Of a stretch of DNA of 64,000 nucleotides, positions 38,252 through 50,300 are shown piece by piece. This DNA comes from Narcine bancroftii (taxonomy: Eukaryota): positions 209,064,001-209,128,000 of the forward strand of contig NC_091474.1 of NCBI RefSeq assembly GCF_036971445.1. The letters are read 5' to 3'. Under the pieces are notes generated by a model. The model was not told the DNA's origin. It did no database searches and was given only the letters and a program-made list of their open reading frames with translations. Each line of letters opens with the position of its first letter. The stretch's first letter is position 1. Both the position numbers and the translations under genes were made by a program.

Positions 38252-38720
38252 TCTCTCTAACTGAAACTTCTTGAAAGCCCATGTGACTCTCTTACTTGCA
38301 AAAATCCCCAACTTCTTCAGCAAACAACAAGAGTTATCCTTCTTGGTCAAGCTGTTGTCTTGGGTAAACAAAACCCAGGAGTGACCTTTCTCTGAGCACT
38401 TTGTAGAAAGGTCAGAAGCCTTGTAATCAGCCAAAATGTCTCCAGTCCAAACAATGGTTTATTCATTTTATGACATCATTTCTATTATCACCTACTTGTG
38501 AAATGTGCATAGCACACTGCATAGTTTCTGTAAAGTCCACTGAATATGAATTCTTCAGTATTTCAAATAAGATCTGTTCCAAAATGTGTGTATGTATGTA
38601 ACCTACTCTAATTTTAAATTACACTAGTTTCTCAACCCCTGATGTGAGCTTTGGCAGCCTATAATTCTTGATTTTTCCTTTTTCCTCCTCTTGAACACAA
38701 AGGAACAACATTATCCATTC
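36300..38720 (-). mobile_element. CR1 LINE fragment interrupted by a solo LTR
   Basis: DSQHGFVRGRYCLTNLIKFFEEV..VLDEGS.VDVVYMDF..AFDKV (37341-37500) and C-terminal RRLRGGDLTEVCKI; the sequence resumes after 38624. Confidence 0.85.
37551..38623. mobile_element. Solo LTR (~1.07 kb), probably Gypsy-type
   Basis: TGTTAT...ATTACA termini; flanks CCAG/CTAG (4-bp TSD, 1 mismatch). Cleanly splits a CR1, has no coding content, and carries an internal (CT)n at ~38216-38247. Confidence 0.75.
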
Positions 38721-40203
38721 CAGACCATAATGTAGCCAGTCAGCACATTTTCCACTACACAGCTATAGAAATTAGCTAAGGTTTCTGATGTCATACCAAA
38801 CCTCTGCAAACTCCTGAGGAACTAGAAGTGCAATTAACAAGTTTCACCTTGAAGTGATTGCTAATGCAACTTATTCACGTAGTTTTGGGTCACATAATGG
38901 TGAACAAAACCTCTCAAATGTGACTCCTTAGCAATCATTTCTCCAAGATCAACAGCACCTTGTATGATGAAATCTTTCACATTGTGGAGGAGAGATGAGT
39001 TGCTATGTTTTACGTACAGTGATGGCTTTATAGAGGTAAGTTAAATAAATTCAGAGCAAGTGATTCGAACATGTATGTTGTGATTACTGTAGTTATCACT
39101 TTCAAGCTGATTGGAAGAGATGGATAACAACAGAATTGTTCTAATTTGAGCTGAAGCTGCATTTTCATTATAATCCTGAAAACGGTACCGTTGTGACATC
39201 TTCTTCTTGAAATCAGTGTCACATTTGCTTGAGAAATGGTGAAAGAACATAGAACATTACAGAACAGTGTCGGCCAACATAGGCCTTCTTAAGCACCCTA
39301 TCAACTTGTGTGGCAACCTTGCGGCACAATGATGAATTTATCACCATAAATATTGCACAATGTGCATATGCTCCAAAATTCTTGCTGTTAGCTAAACAAG
39401 TACTTTGTGGAAAAAAATATAAAATAACTAAAATAAACTACAACAGTGTACTTAATTGAATTAAAGAGACATTTACAAATTGAATTAAAGAGACATATAC
39501 AAATGGAAGTGGGTCCAGGTCCTCCCTGAGCTCATGGTAATTAACTTCATAACCAATCTCTCAAAGCGCTTCATCATGGTAGACATCAGTGCCACTTGGG
39601 TGATGGTCTTTGAGGCATGTCACCTTGTTCTGCATAGACATCGGAATAACAGATATCCCTTTGCAGCAGGTGGCGACCCCTGACTGTTGTAATGAGTTTG
39701 AGGATGTCTTCAAAAACTACAGCCAGTTGGTTCGCATGGGTTTAAGCAAAGGGGCAGGTACGATGCCTGAGCTGGACACTTTTCAAGTATTCACCCTTGT
39801 GAAGGTTCTATTCACATCAACTGCAGAAACCAGGAGCACAGAGTTACTGGGAATAGGTTTGGAGGGGGGGAAGGTGTTCATTGTTTATTTTTTGAAGCAA
39901 TCATAGAAAGCTTGAGCTCATCCAGAACTGATGTATTGCAGTTAATTTTTAATTTTAATGATTCAGTACAGCAGTAGGCCCTTTCAGCTCATGCTGCCAA
40001 TCACACGCAATCAACCTACCAACCCAGTACATTATAAGGCAACACAAGGCAGCATCATTATAGAGGAATGGCAAATTGATGAATCAGCTTCTTTGTCTCT
40101 GTCTTTGTGGTAGACAAAAATACCAAAGGTCCAGTGGGAATGAGGAAATGAATGAAATAGTATCTATCTAAAAATTGTCCTCAAGAAATCAGTGAGCTTA
40201 AAA

Positions 40204-40793
40204 GATGTTTAAGGCATTGGTGAGGCCAGGTTTGGAGTACTGTGCTCAGTTCTGGTCTCCAAATTATAGAAAGGATATAGATAAGGTGGAGAGGGTGCAG
40301 AGAAGGTTTACAAGGATGTTGCCTGGCTTACAGCATCTGGATTACAGGGAGAGATTAAGGAGACTGAGACTTTATTCATTGGAACGTAGACGACTGAGAG
40401 GGGACTTGATAGAGGTATTTAAAATTATGAAAGGAATAGATAGACTAGACATAAATAGACTCTTTCACCAGAGGGCAGGGGAGGTTGGAACAAGAAGCCA
40501 TGAGCTTAAGGGTAAGGGGGCAACGCTTTAGGAGAAATATTAGAGGTGGCTTTTTCACTCAGCAAGTGGTAGCAGAATGGAATGAACTTCCAAATGAGAG
40601 AGTTGCGCCAGGGTCCCCTCTGTCATTTAAGAGAAGGTTGGACGTGTACATGGAGGTGAGGGAGTTGGAGGGTTATTGGCGGTGAGCGGGAGGTTTGATC
40701 TAGTGGAGTTGTTCTAGTGAACCGGTGCGGACTCGAAAGGCTGACATGCCCTGTTTCCGCTCCGTAAATGGTTATATATGGTTATATGGTTAT
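40204..40793 (+). mobile_element. Relatively young 5'-truncated CR1
   Basis: ORF 40205-40531 FKALVRPGLEYCAQFWSPNYRKDIDKVERVQRRFTRMLPGL...LERRRLRGDLIEVFKIMKG is nearly intact; 3' microsatellite tail of GGTTATAT units. Confidence 0.93.
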
Positions 40794-42544
40794 AAATCCT
40801 AAAGACCTAATGAGCTTATCCCAGAGTTTTGAGAGATGTGACTTCAGAGATAGTGAATAATGTGATTGTCATAATGTAAATTTCAGTAGGTAAAACAGAA
40901 CATTACAGCACAATACAGTCCCTATGGCCCACAATGCTGTGCTAACCTATACAAAAAAAAATCTCAAACCTAAATCCTCCCTACCTCATAACCTTTCATT
41001 TATGTTCTCTCCTAAATCCCCTTTTGTATCAGCGTCCTCCACCACCCCTGGCAATGCATTCCAGGTACGCACAGGTTTTGAATTTTTCTTGTGGATTTGG
41101 AGATAGAAAAATAGGAATCAGTGGATGCGGTGCATTTGGATATCCAAAAGGATTTTGACAAAGTGCCATAAAGGAGGCTAGAAAACACATGGAATTAGAG
41201 ATAGCATCCTGATTAGGATTTAGATTTGGTTATTTGGAATCCTCTTCCCCAGAGGACAATGGACACAGTGATTGGGCTATCAACAGAATAAAGGGACATG
41301 AGGAGAGTGCAGAAAAAATAATGCTGTGGTTGAAATTCAGCCAGGATCTTACTCTTAGCCCAGCAAGTACCAATCACATGATTGGTACTTCTTGGACTAT
41401 TTCCATAGAATTCAGCATTGATGGGGAGCATTTTGATGCCAGTTTGGTGAGGATATATGAGGATTTCCTTGCAAAGTGTTTTCCCCATTTCAACTTGATT
41501 AAATCTTTTTACATGCACTACACCAATGAAGTCCATAGAAGTAGTTAATGCATGTAGCTGGTTTGCCATTTGGCTCAACTCCACTTGTTTGCCTGAGGTG
41601 TATTGATATTCTAAATAAGAAATAATTTTCTTTGATTTATGTCAGTTAGGTAAACAAAAAATGAAAAATATTCAATTCAGTTCTGAAGGAAATAAAAGGA
41701 GTGTTAAACTGTTCTGCACTTACAGTACAGTTAAAATGACAGTTTTATTAAAAAAACCAAAGAATTAACTTTTGACATCCATTATTCCTGGTGCTTTTTA
41801 AATTGCAAGTCTTGGTTCCATGAAACATTACAAGAATGTTCAGAGCAAAGCAAGCAGCACCAAGTTGATGGACAGAGTAAAGATCACTCAGGATATTGTA
41901 GGGCGAACTATAGCCTGGGTTCCTATCCCAAAGCTGATGGATCTGCATGTCTCGGGTTTGGGTCAAGACAAAAATGATTGTGAGTCTACAGATTTGGGTT
42001 GGGTTTGGATTGATGTCAATTTGAGTTGTGTTTTAATTTGTAACCAAGCAGATCTTCAGGATATATCTATTATACAATTAACAGAAGCCTGCAATTATTC
42101 ATCATAATTTCAAGACACAGTTTGGTAGTGAGGTTCAATACAAAAATTGCAGTTAGTCAGTTCGAAAACATGATCTCTCCTGAGAAGACAAAAAATCCAG
42201 TGATGCCAAATCAGGATCAGTGCAATTAAAAGAATTTAGTCACGTTTTAGATGGGTTTAATCTTTCATTTCTTTTTAGAATAGACTGCCAGGAACAGAGG
42301 CGAAAGCGCAGGCACCCAAGACAGATGACATCTCACTTCCAAACACTCAGATCTTTATCACAGCACACATTGATTTAGGGTCAATCTAGCACACCTCATT
42401 GCCCAACTAAACACGCTTTGAAAATCAATGACTTTTGTCATGGAAGTCAGATGTGACCTTTGCAACTAGGCACCTTAAGGTGACATACCGAATCTCCTCA
42501 AACTCCTCTAAAAGGCTGGTGAGCCTTCTTCGGGGTTGCCAAAG

Positions 42545-42935
42545 ACTCTTGAAAAATTCTACAGGTGTACAGTGGAGAGCATTCTGGCTGGTTGCATAAC
42601 TATCTGGTAGTGAGGTACCAGACTTCACTCCATTGAGGGCATCTACAGGAGGCAGTGTCTTAAGAAAACTGCCTCTATCCTTAAGGACCACCACCACCCA
42701 GGCCATGCACACTTCATTCTGCTACCATCTGGAAAAAGTTACAGGAATTGCACAAGGACAGCTTCTTCCCCTCTTGCCATCAGATTCCTGAATGATCAAT
42801 GAACCACAGACACTGCTTGACTTTCACTTTTTTTTGCACTATTTTTATTTATTTTGTAAGATGATCTTTCTAAATGTTTGCATTGTGATGGTGTCACTCA
42901 ACCACAAATTTCTGACAATAAATTTTGATTCTGTG
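42545..42935 (+). mobile_element. Rex1/Babar LINE 3' fragment
   Basis: FYRCTVESILAGCITIW...ILKDHHHPGHAHFILLPSGKSYR; tail CAATAAATTTTGATTCTG. Confidence 0.8.
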
Positions 42936-43187
42936 AATTAACTTCCTTTTGTATTTTAGAATAGAATAATGCATCAGATTTAATTGATAATGTGATTAAT
43001 TAAATATAAATTTGGAGGTCAATGTTTTAATATTTTATTGTGTATCATTTTTTTTCGTTTTCCTTTATGTTCAGTGTTCAAAATGGAAGTGTTTTATCAG
43101 AATCAGAATTTATGGTCATGAAATTCGATGTTTAGCAGCGGCATGAGAGTGCAAACATTCATATTATAACCATTTTAAAACATTACT

Positions 43188-43917
43188 TTTTAAAAAGATT
43201 TTATTTATAGTTTTTCCACTCAAACTCCAACAATTTTCAATATCATTATCAACAATTTTAACATTATTTACATTTCATTCTTGTTAATTCCATATAATCA
43301 TCTCATTGAGTTTAAGTTCTTTTATCTCCTTCCCTCCCCCCTTCTCCCTCCCTGCAATATTGAACACTTTTTTTAAACTTTATTTAAAGATTTTATCACA
43401 TGAATAAAACAAAAAAATTACATTTAAAGAAAAATAAAAATAAAGTAATTATTACAACACAGCATTAATGACCTAACTTAAATTAGTCTAACCCCCCCCC
43501 CCATATATACGGCCACTAAAAAAAAATCTATATATATAAAAAAACTCCCACCTTCCCCCCCCAAAATAAAGAGTGAAGAATTAATAAAGTTAATAATATT
43601 GAACACTTAAAACCAGACTAATGATACAATAATCAAAGCACTCACAACAAAGGTATGAAACTTGTATTTGAGGGATTATGGGTTTGTCGTGTCTCAGCAA
43701 TCAGCACATAGGCTGCCTTCCTTTTTCTGTGGCTTTCCCTGGTTAGAATGGGATGGACCCCCCTCCCCCCCTCTGCTCTCCTGCCATTTGAGGAGTGATC
43801 AGGAGGGTAGGGCAGGGAGGCATGACAGTCCTCATTACAGTTGTACCCCTATATAGTTTAAGTAGGGCTGCCAGACCTTCAAAAAGGTATTGTATTGTTT
43901 CCTTAGGTGATTTTCTC
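43188..43917 (-). mobile_element. 5'-truncated L1 3' end with 18-bp TSD
   Basis: Minus strand at 43917-43850 gives EKIT...RKQYNTFLKVWQPYLNYIG. TSD is CCATTTTAAAACATTACT (43170-43187) / CCATCTTACAACATTACT (43918-43935). Confidence 0.85.
43370..43594 (-). mobile_element. Short L1-type 3' UTR insertion with 14-bp TSD
   Basis: Starts with poly(T)-AAACTTTATT; TSD AATATTGAACACTT at 43356-43369 and 43595-43608. Confidence 0.85.
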
Positions 43918-44959
43918 CCATCTTACAACATTACTATAAAAAAAGTAAACTAATAGTGCACAAGTAAGGCAGTGTCTGGTTTATTGATTAGTCAAGAATC
44001 TGATGGCAGCGGGGAAGAAGCTGTCCTTGTGCCGTTTAGTGCTTGTCTTTAGGCTCCTGTACCTTTTTCCCAATAGCAGCAGAGTGAAGAGGGCATGGCC
44101 TGGATGACTGGGGTCTTGGACGATAGAGTGAGCAGACACCTTCTGATATGATTTGTTTTAATAATGCTGAAGCAGGCTGAGCAGAGATAATCATCCTCAC
44201 TGAAACCCAGTGCTGGTCAATTTCGGCTCTTGATTGAAGAGAGCTGCAGTGGTGGTCGTTTTTTGCTGTCGTTTGCAGAAAGCACATCTGTGCTACAGAC
44301 TCTCCTTGAATACTGTGAATACAGATGGTATGTTGAAATGATGCCCCCGCAGTAAGCTAGCTGCTCTTAAACGTGCTGCTGTGTGTTTGTGATGGTTCAT
44401 TGATAATTCTGAAACAAGGCAGAGAAGATAAAGTTACAAACTTAAACTTTGTACAAAGTTAAATCAGTGAAAGTTTACTGCATATGATGGGCTACTGATT
44501 AGCTATGACGAAATAAATCAAATTCTATTTTTTATTCAAGAGAATGAATGGAATTTTTTAGCAGCCTTTTGGAGAGAGAATTTTGAGATTCCATTTACAA
44601 TTATGAGTACTGAATTAATATGCAAATACTACTTAATTTTCTGGGAAGATGGATTTTTTTTTACAGTTCTTATATTAAATTCTTTCATTCTCCTTGTATA
44701 TCAATGTGCAGGCTTTTAAATTATTCAGTTAAACCAGAACATTTGAATAGAATATTGTTGGAACACACATGACCATGGGTTTTGGGTGGGTGAAAATAGA
44801 CTAAGATCAGTTGTGGCAGAAAGTTAAATAATTATTGTGTAATATTCAAAGGAGATACAAATTTTTTTTAGGGAATGTTCTAGACATCCATTTGAATTTC
44901 ACTGCCTGAGCTTTATACATTGATTCATCACTCCATCGTGGAGAAATATTGTAATCAAT

Positions 44960-45293
44960 AGCCTCTTGTCCCAGAATTTATGGGGAATTAACTTGGTCAG
45001 AGTCCAGTGGAAAAAGAAAACAATTTGCACCCTGACGTCAAATCACGCTGGGGATTGATGTCCTCGACCCCTACTTGATGCTGGTGTGCCGATTAAACCA
45101 GTGGAAAAAGGACAGCAGAAGTCACTCGTTTCCAGTTGAAGGTAGACTCCCCGATCCCCAGGGATGAGTTGTGTTCAATGTGTAAAAGCAGTCAGTGTCC
45201 CAGTTAAAGGTGGCCCAGTGGAAACAGCACAATCAGCTTCCTATCCCGGGACACTGCACAACCAATTAAGTGGGATGCCAGTGGAAAAAGAGC
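44960..45293. mobile_element. End of a non-autonomous DNA transposon (PIF/Harbinger-like)
   Basis: CCAGTGGAAA motif repeated four times, ending TGCCAGTGGAAAAAGAGC. A related reversed segment lies at ~63290-63380. The superfamily call is tentative. Confidence 0.5.
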
Positions 45294-46786
45294 TCATGTT
45301 TTTATTCTTTACTGGATGTGGATGAACTTACTGGCCAAACCAGATTCCAACAGACTGCTGCAATTGCCCTTGAAAAAATGTGCTGAGATATCTTCTTCAA
45401 GCACTGCTATCTGTGCCGAGATATTTTATGTAAGGATTGAAGCAGAGCTTTCCAATAATGATTTCCAGAATCTAAATAAAGGCAGCACAGTTAACACAAC
45501 CAGGATGGGTTTCCTCCAGTTTCCTCCCACCATTCAAATTGAACCGGAGTTGTAGATCAGTTGGGTTTAGTTGGGTGGCATGGGCTGGTGAGCCAAAAGG
45601 GCCTGTTACCCTGTATATGTCTGAATTTAAAAAAAGTTAATTAGCGTGACACAATATATTTTCTGGTCAGGATAATGGGTACATGGACTTGAGGAAAAAA
45701 ATGGAGTGTTATGATATTGGGACATTCTAAGCCATTGTTAGGTTATTAGATTTGCACATTTCTCTGGGCTGAAGGGCCTGTACTGTGCTGTAGAATTCTA
45801 TGTTCTATAAGGTGAACTTTCCAGTGTTACCATGCCCCTGCTGTCTTTGTCTTTCTAGTGGTGGAGTTCATGGGTTTAAGTGGTGCTAACATGGTAGCCT
45901 TGAGGAATTACTCCAGAGTGCACTGGATATATTGTTCAACAATGGTGGAGTAAATTTTTAGGCTGGTGAATTTGATCCTAATCAAATAATCTAGGTCTCA
46001 TTGCAGATGAACTTGGTCACACTAGGAATGTAGATAAAGCATTAGGTTTTGACTTCTTTTTCTTGTTCCACAACTCAATAAAATCATGACTGATTTTACC
46101 CTCGTTTAATTCAGCCAAGCAGCAAAGGGTTATCCACATCCACAACAATATTCAATTATCATTTTCTGTTTATAATACATGACTTGGGTGAAAGGCAGGT
46201 AGGTGGAGTTGAGTCAATGATCAGATCGGTCATGATCTTATTGAATGGCAGAGCAGGCTCGATGAGCTGGAAGGCCTACTCCTGCTCCTATTTCTTGTGT
46301 TCTTATATTAAAGGAAAGGCCCACAATGTCTATGCCAACCATGATGGCAGTTTAAACCAATTCTGTCTCCATGTACTGGATCCGTATTCCTCAACTCCCT
46401 GCCTGCTCGTGTTCCTGTGTAAATGCTTCTCGTACATTGCTATCATATCTGCTTTCACCATTTCTGGCAGCATGTTCTAGGCACCTTCCATTCCCTATGT
46501 CAAATACAACCTGCATCATAGATTTCCTTTATAGCTTTCCCCTCATCTGAGACCACTGCCTCTGGTTTTTGACATTTTTCATTCTGACAAAGCCTCCACA
46601 TCCTTGTAATATAGTGACCGAACTGCACACAATTTCCAAAGGTGGCCTGAGTAAAGTTTTATACTGCTGCAGCATGACTTGCTGGCTTTTGTACTCTATT
46701 GATGTGAGTGTACTGTACATCTTCTGTATCACCCTGTAACCATTTATGGAAAGCTATAGACCCTACATCCCAAAATCCTTTTGTAT

Positions 46787-47690
46787 GAGCCTGCTCCACC
46801 ATTCAATAAGACCATGGCTGATCAGGTCATGCTCTACCTACCTGCCTTTCCCCATTACCCTTAATTCTCCCATTATGCAAAAATCTATCTAACTCTGTCT
46901 TAAATATACTTAATGAAGTAGCCTCTACTGCTTCCTTGGGCAGAAAATTACAGAGAATCACTATTCTCTGATAAAAATAGTCCCTCCTCATCTTGAGTCT
47001 AGTGCATTTTGGCACCAGACATTTTGGCCCACCTGTCCCACTCATTGTCTGCTGCGTGACTCCGTCCCGCTGCACTGCTTGAACCCCTGGCGATGCAGAG
47101 ACTCCGTCCCCCCAGGAGACTGCTCCCCCAGAAAACGAGGGCTTTTTGTAGCTTATAGTGATATATTTAAATTACAAAAACAGTTGGAGAACAATCAAAA
47201 ACAAGGGCTTTTGGTAAATTATAACAATATATTATATTGTAAGTTTAATTGCATATTATACAATACATAATTAATTGAATTTAAAATCATTAAAAATTAA
47301 AAACACTTATTAAAATCAATTTTTTATTCATATAATAGGTGATTATTTGTATAATAAGTCTAACAATAAATCCCAAAATGTTTGTTGGGGGAGTGGTTTC
47401 CTGGGGAAGGGAGTTTCTGAAACACCGGGAGTTCAGGCAGTGGCGGACAGTGAATGGGGTGGGTAGCTGGGCCACCATCAAACTGCGGGCGCCAAAATGT
47501 CTGAAGGGCTCCAAAAGGTTTTTTCTGTCAAAATTCCCCCCAAACTTGAGGCTATATCCCTTTACTCTGGCCTCACCTATCGGTGGAAACAACTTTCCTG
47601 CCTTTACCTCATAAATCCCTTCCATAATTTTACACGTTTCTATAGGATTCCTCTCATTCCTCTGTATTCTAGTGAGTTTTGCCTCGAGGT
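46787..47690 (-). mobile_element. CR1 3' fragment interrupted by a fold-back element
   Basis: MRRDYFYQRIVILCNFLPKEAVEATSLSIFKTELDRFL, continuing after ~47520 with IETCKIMEG...KLFP.IGEARVKGYSLK. Confidence 0.8.
47016..47502. mobile_element. Fold-back MITE-like element, family unassigned
   Basis: CAGACATTTTGGC...GCCAAAATGTCTG ends, ~120-bp diverged GC-rich inverted arms and an AT-rich core. Confidence 0.7.
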
Positions 47691-48283
47691 CAGGTTCACC
47701 ATTGGGCTGTGCACATATGGAGGTCACGGGGGTGCTGGAGGCGGTGGTAGGATCCAAGGAGATTCTCTTTTGCCTCTTTCTTCTCTTGATAATGGTGCTG
47801 TATTGGTGCCCGATACAGGACAAACAAAGGAAAAACTTTGTGTACATAATAAACAGAATCCGGAATTTCTTGGCTGCCTGTAAACTTACTCAACAGTCCA
47901 TCCATATTTTTGTCCAAATCATTTTTTCTCTCTCAAATAACAGATTCATTATTCTAATAATGAGGCCTGTTATTAGGAGATTATTAATGACAATGCCTTA
48001 ATGTACAGTTTTACTCTATATAAAAAAAAGTTTCAAGGTGCTTCATGATGGGATTATCAAATAAATTTGGATGTCAAGCCACACAAGCACCCAGGATAGA
48101 GTGGCAAAAGTTTGGTTAAAGAGATGAGTGATAAAATTCTAAAGGGATGTTAAGAGGCAGAAAAAACTGAGGAATGGTCAGAACTGCTGGAATAATGACA
48201 CCGGGGGAATAAAGCAGCCAGATTTGGAGGACCACAAGTATCTTTGAGGCCATGCGAACAATCTGGATTAGATTCAGAGGATT

Positions 48284-48287
<4 letters not shown>

Positions 48288-48318
<31 letters not shown>
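48288..48318. repeat. (GA)n microsatellite
   Basis: Direct inspection. Confidence 0.95.
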
Positions 48319-48320
<2 letters not shown>

Positions 48321-48819
48321 GGTTAGTGTTCTGGAAATGGAACATCTAATGAGGACCAAAGACATTGTTTTTAAGTTTTTCTTTATAATTTAGTTGGGGG
48401 AATTATTTGTTTATTTAGTTCTGGGTGGCAGGAAAATGGGCTGTCAGTTCAGCCCAGTGGAGGGGTGAAGAGAAGTGGTGGAGATGTAGAACTAGATGTT
48501 GACAGCACACACAGGTGCATTAACATTATGGCATCAGGTGATGTTGCCAGGGGGCTGTATGCAGATGGGAAATAGGAGGAAGCTGCAGGGAAATTCTTGG
48601 GAAAGATCAAGTGCTGTGGAGGTGGGAAGGGAAGTGATGACATAATTCCATCTTTACCTGTACAGGTAAAGAATGATATCAGATCAGAGTCATCCCAGAA
48701 GGCAGATCATGGTGGAGAGACGGTAGTGAGGCTAATGATATCTTAGGCTGCGGACATGTTGAGGAATCTGAAAAGGAGTAAATTACTTTTGCCATAACCA
48801 TCCAAGTTTTAACAATTTA

Positions 48820-49050
48820 AAAAAAATTTAGACAAACAGCATGGTAACAGGCCATTTCAGCCCAATTTAAACCCCATTGATCGACACCACAGGTATGTTT
48901 TGAACGGTGGGAGAAAACCGGAGCCCTGGACAAAACCCAAGTGGACATGTGGAGAATGTACTGTCTGTCCTTACAGACAGTGCAGGACTTGAATCCTGGT
49001 CCAATCCCAATTGCTGGTGCTGTAAAGGTGTTGTGCCAACCGTGCCACCC
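48820..49050 (-). mobile_element. V-SINE (HE1-like)
   Basis: Minus strand: GGGTGGCACGGTTGGCAC...CAGGATTCAAGTCCTGCACTGTCTGTAAGG...TTCTCCACATGTCCACTTGGGTTTT. Confidence 0.75.
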
Positions 49051-49799
49051 TTTTCAATTAGAGATTTTGAGAATGGGTGTGGTGGTAAAGCTAAATATCC
49101 AACTGGGCAGATTAATACATGGAATCTGTGTTAGATGGGCACATTTTGGATGTTACAATGTGTGCATGTATGTGAAATGGTCAACAAGGAAAAAATCTCA
49201 CAGAGGGAGTCCTGGTTTCATCATAATTTAGTGTATCTGGAATCAGTAGCAAAAAAAACTTTTCACAGGCAAAATGATCAAGGAAAATAAACTGTTTTCA
49301 TTTGTGCCATGAAAAGAATGAGCAGTATATTAACGTTAACAGTGTATTGGCATTAACAGACTTGATTTTTTTCCCTCCTTCCTCATTGGCTCATTCTCTA
49401 ATTTTATCAATATCAGGAACAGGGGAATTAATATATGCTTTGTTGTGGTTGTGTGCACGTCTCTTGTTACCCAGCTCCATTATCCACTGGCACTGTGTTC
49501 CTTCTGGAATTGCAGAAACTGCCACAATTTTCCAATATATGGCAAGAAAGAACTAAAGAGAAAAGTCTTGAATCAAACATATCATCTTCCCTTCTCAAAA
49601 TTACTGGTTGTGCAAAAACAACAAACCAAAAATTTCGTTTGTTTTTATGCATTAACATTCAGCAAAACCTTTCTCACAAATAAGGTGTTCAGTGAATCTA
49701 ACTCAACTTTGCATTGAAATATAAATTTTGGCATTAATAACAAAATAAATTTCACAAGTGACTTCTGTTGTTCCTCGTATCAGGTGAGATGGCTGCTCT

Positions 49800-50300
49800 A
49801 TCCAACATTACAACGCAAAAAAAAAAAGCAGGTCCTTTGGCCCATCCAGCCTGTCTCAAATTGTGAGTCTGCCTAATTCCATTGACCTGCCCTTGAACTG
49901 TAGACCTCCCATCCATATACCTATCCAAATTTTTCTTAAATTTCAAAATCAAGCCCATAGTCACCAATTCAACTGACAGCTTGTTCCACATTCTCTGCGT
50001 GAAATTCCCACTCATGTTCCCTTTAAACTTTTTGCCTTAAACCATGTTCATTAGTTCTTGTCTCACTAAACCTTGGTGGAAAAAGCCAGTTTGCATTGAC
50101 TCTACTCATGCCTCTCATAATTGATCAAATTTCCCCTCGTTCACTGGGGCTTCAGGGAGTAAATGCAAACTGGCTTTTTCGACCAAGTTTCAGTGAGTCA
50201 AGAACTAATTCCCTGAAACTCAGCTCCTCAAATCCTGGCAACATCCTTGCAACTTTTCTCTGCACTCTTTCAATCTTATTTCTATCTTTCCAGCAATAGG
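49800..50300 (-). mobile_element. CR1 3' fragment
   Basis: MSGNFTQRMWNKLSVELVTMG....FKKNLDRYMD. Confidence 0.75.

Larger units (their letters stand above)
43099..44120 (-). mobile_element. Rex1/Babar 3' end split by two nested L1 fragments
   Basis: 43099-43187 joined to 43936-44120 reconstitutes the sequence seen uninterrupted at ~3500-3780. Confidence 0.85.

Noticed and set aside
47290-47847. 185-aa minus-strand ORF
   Set aside because: It is a chance read-through across a CR1 fragment and the fold-back element.
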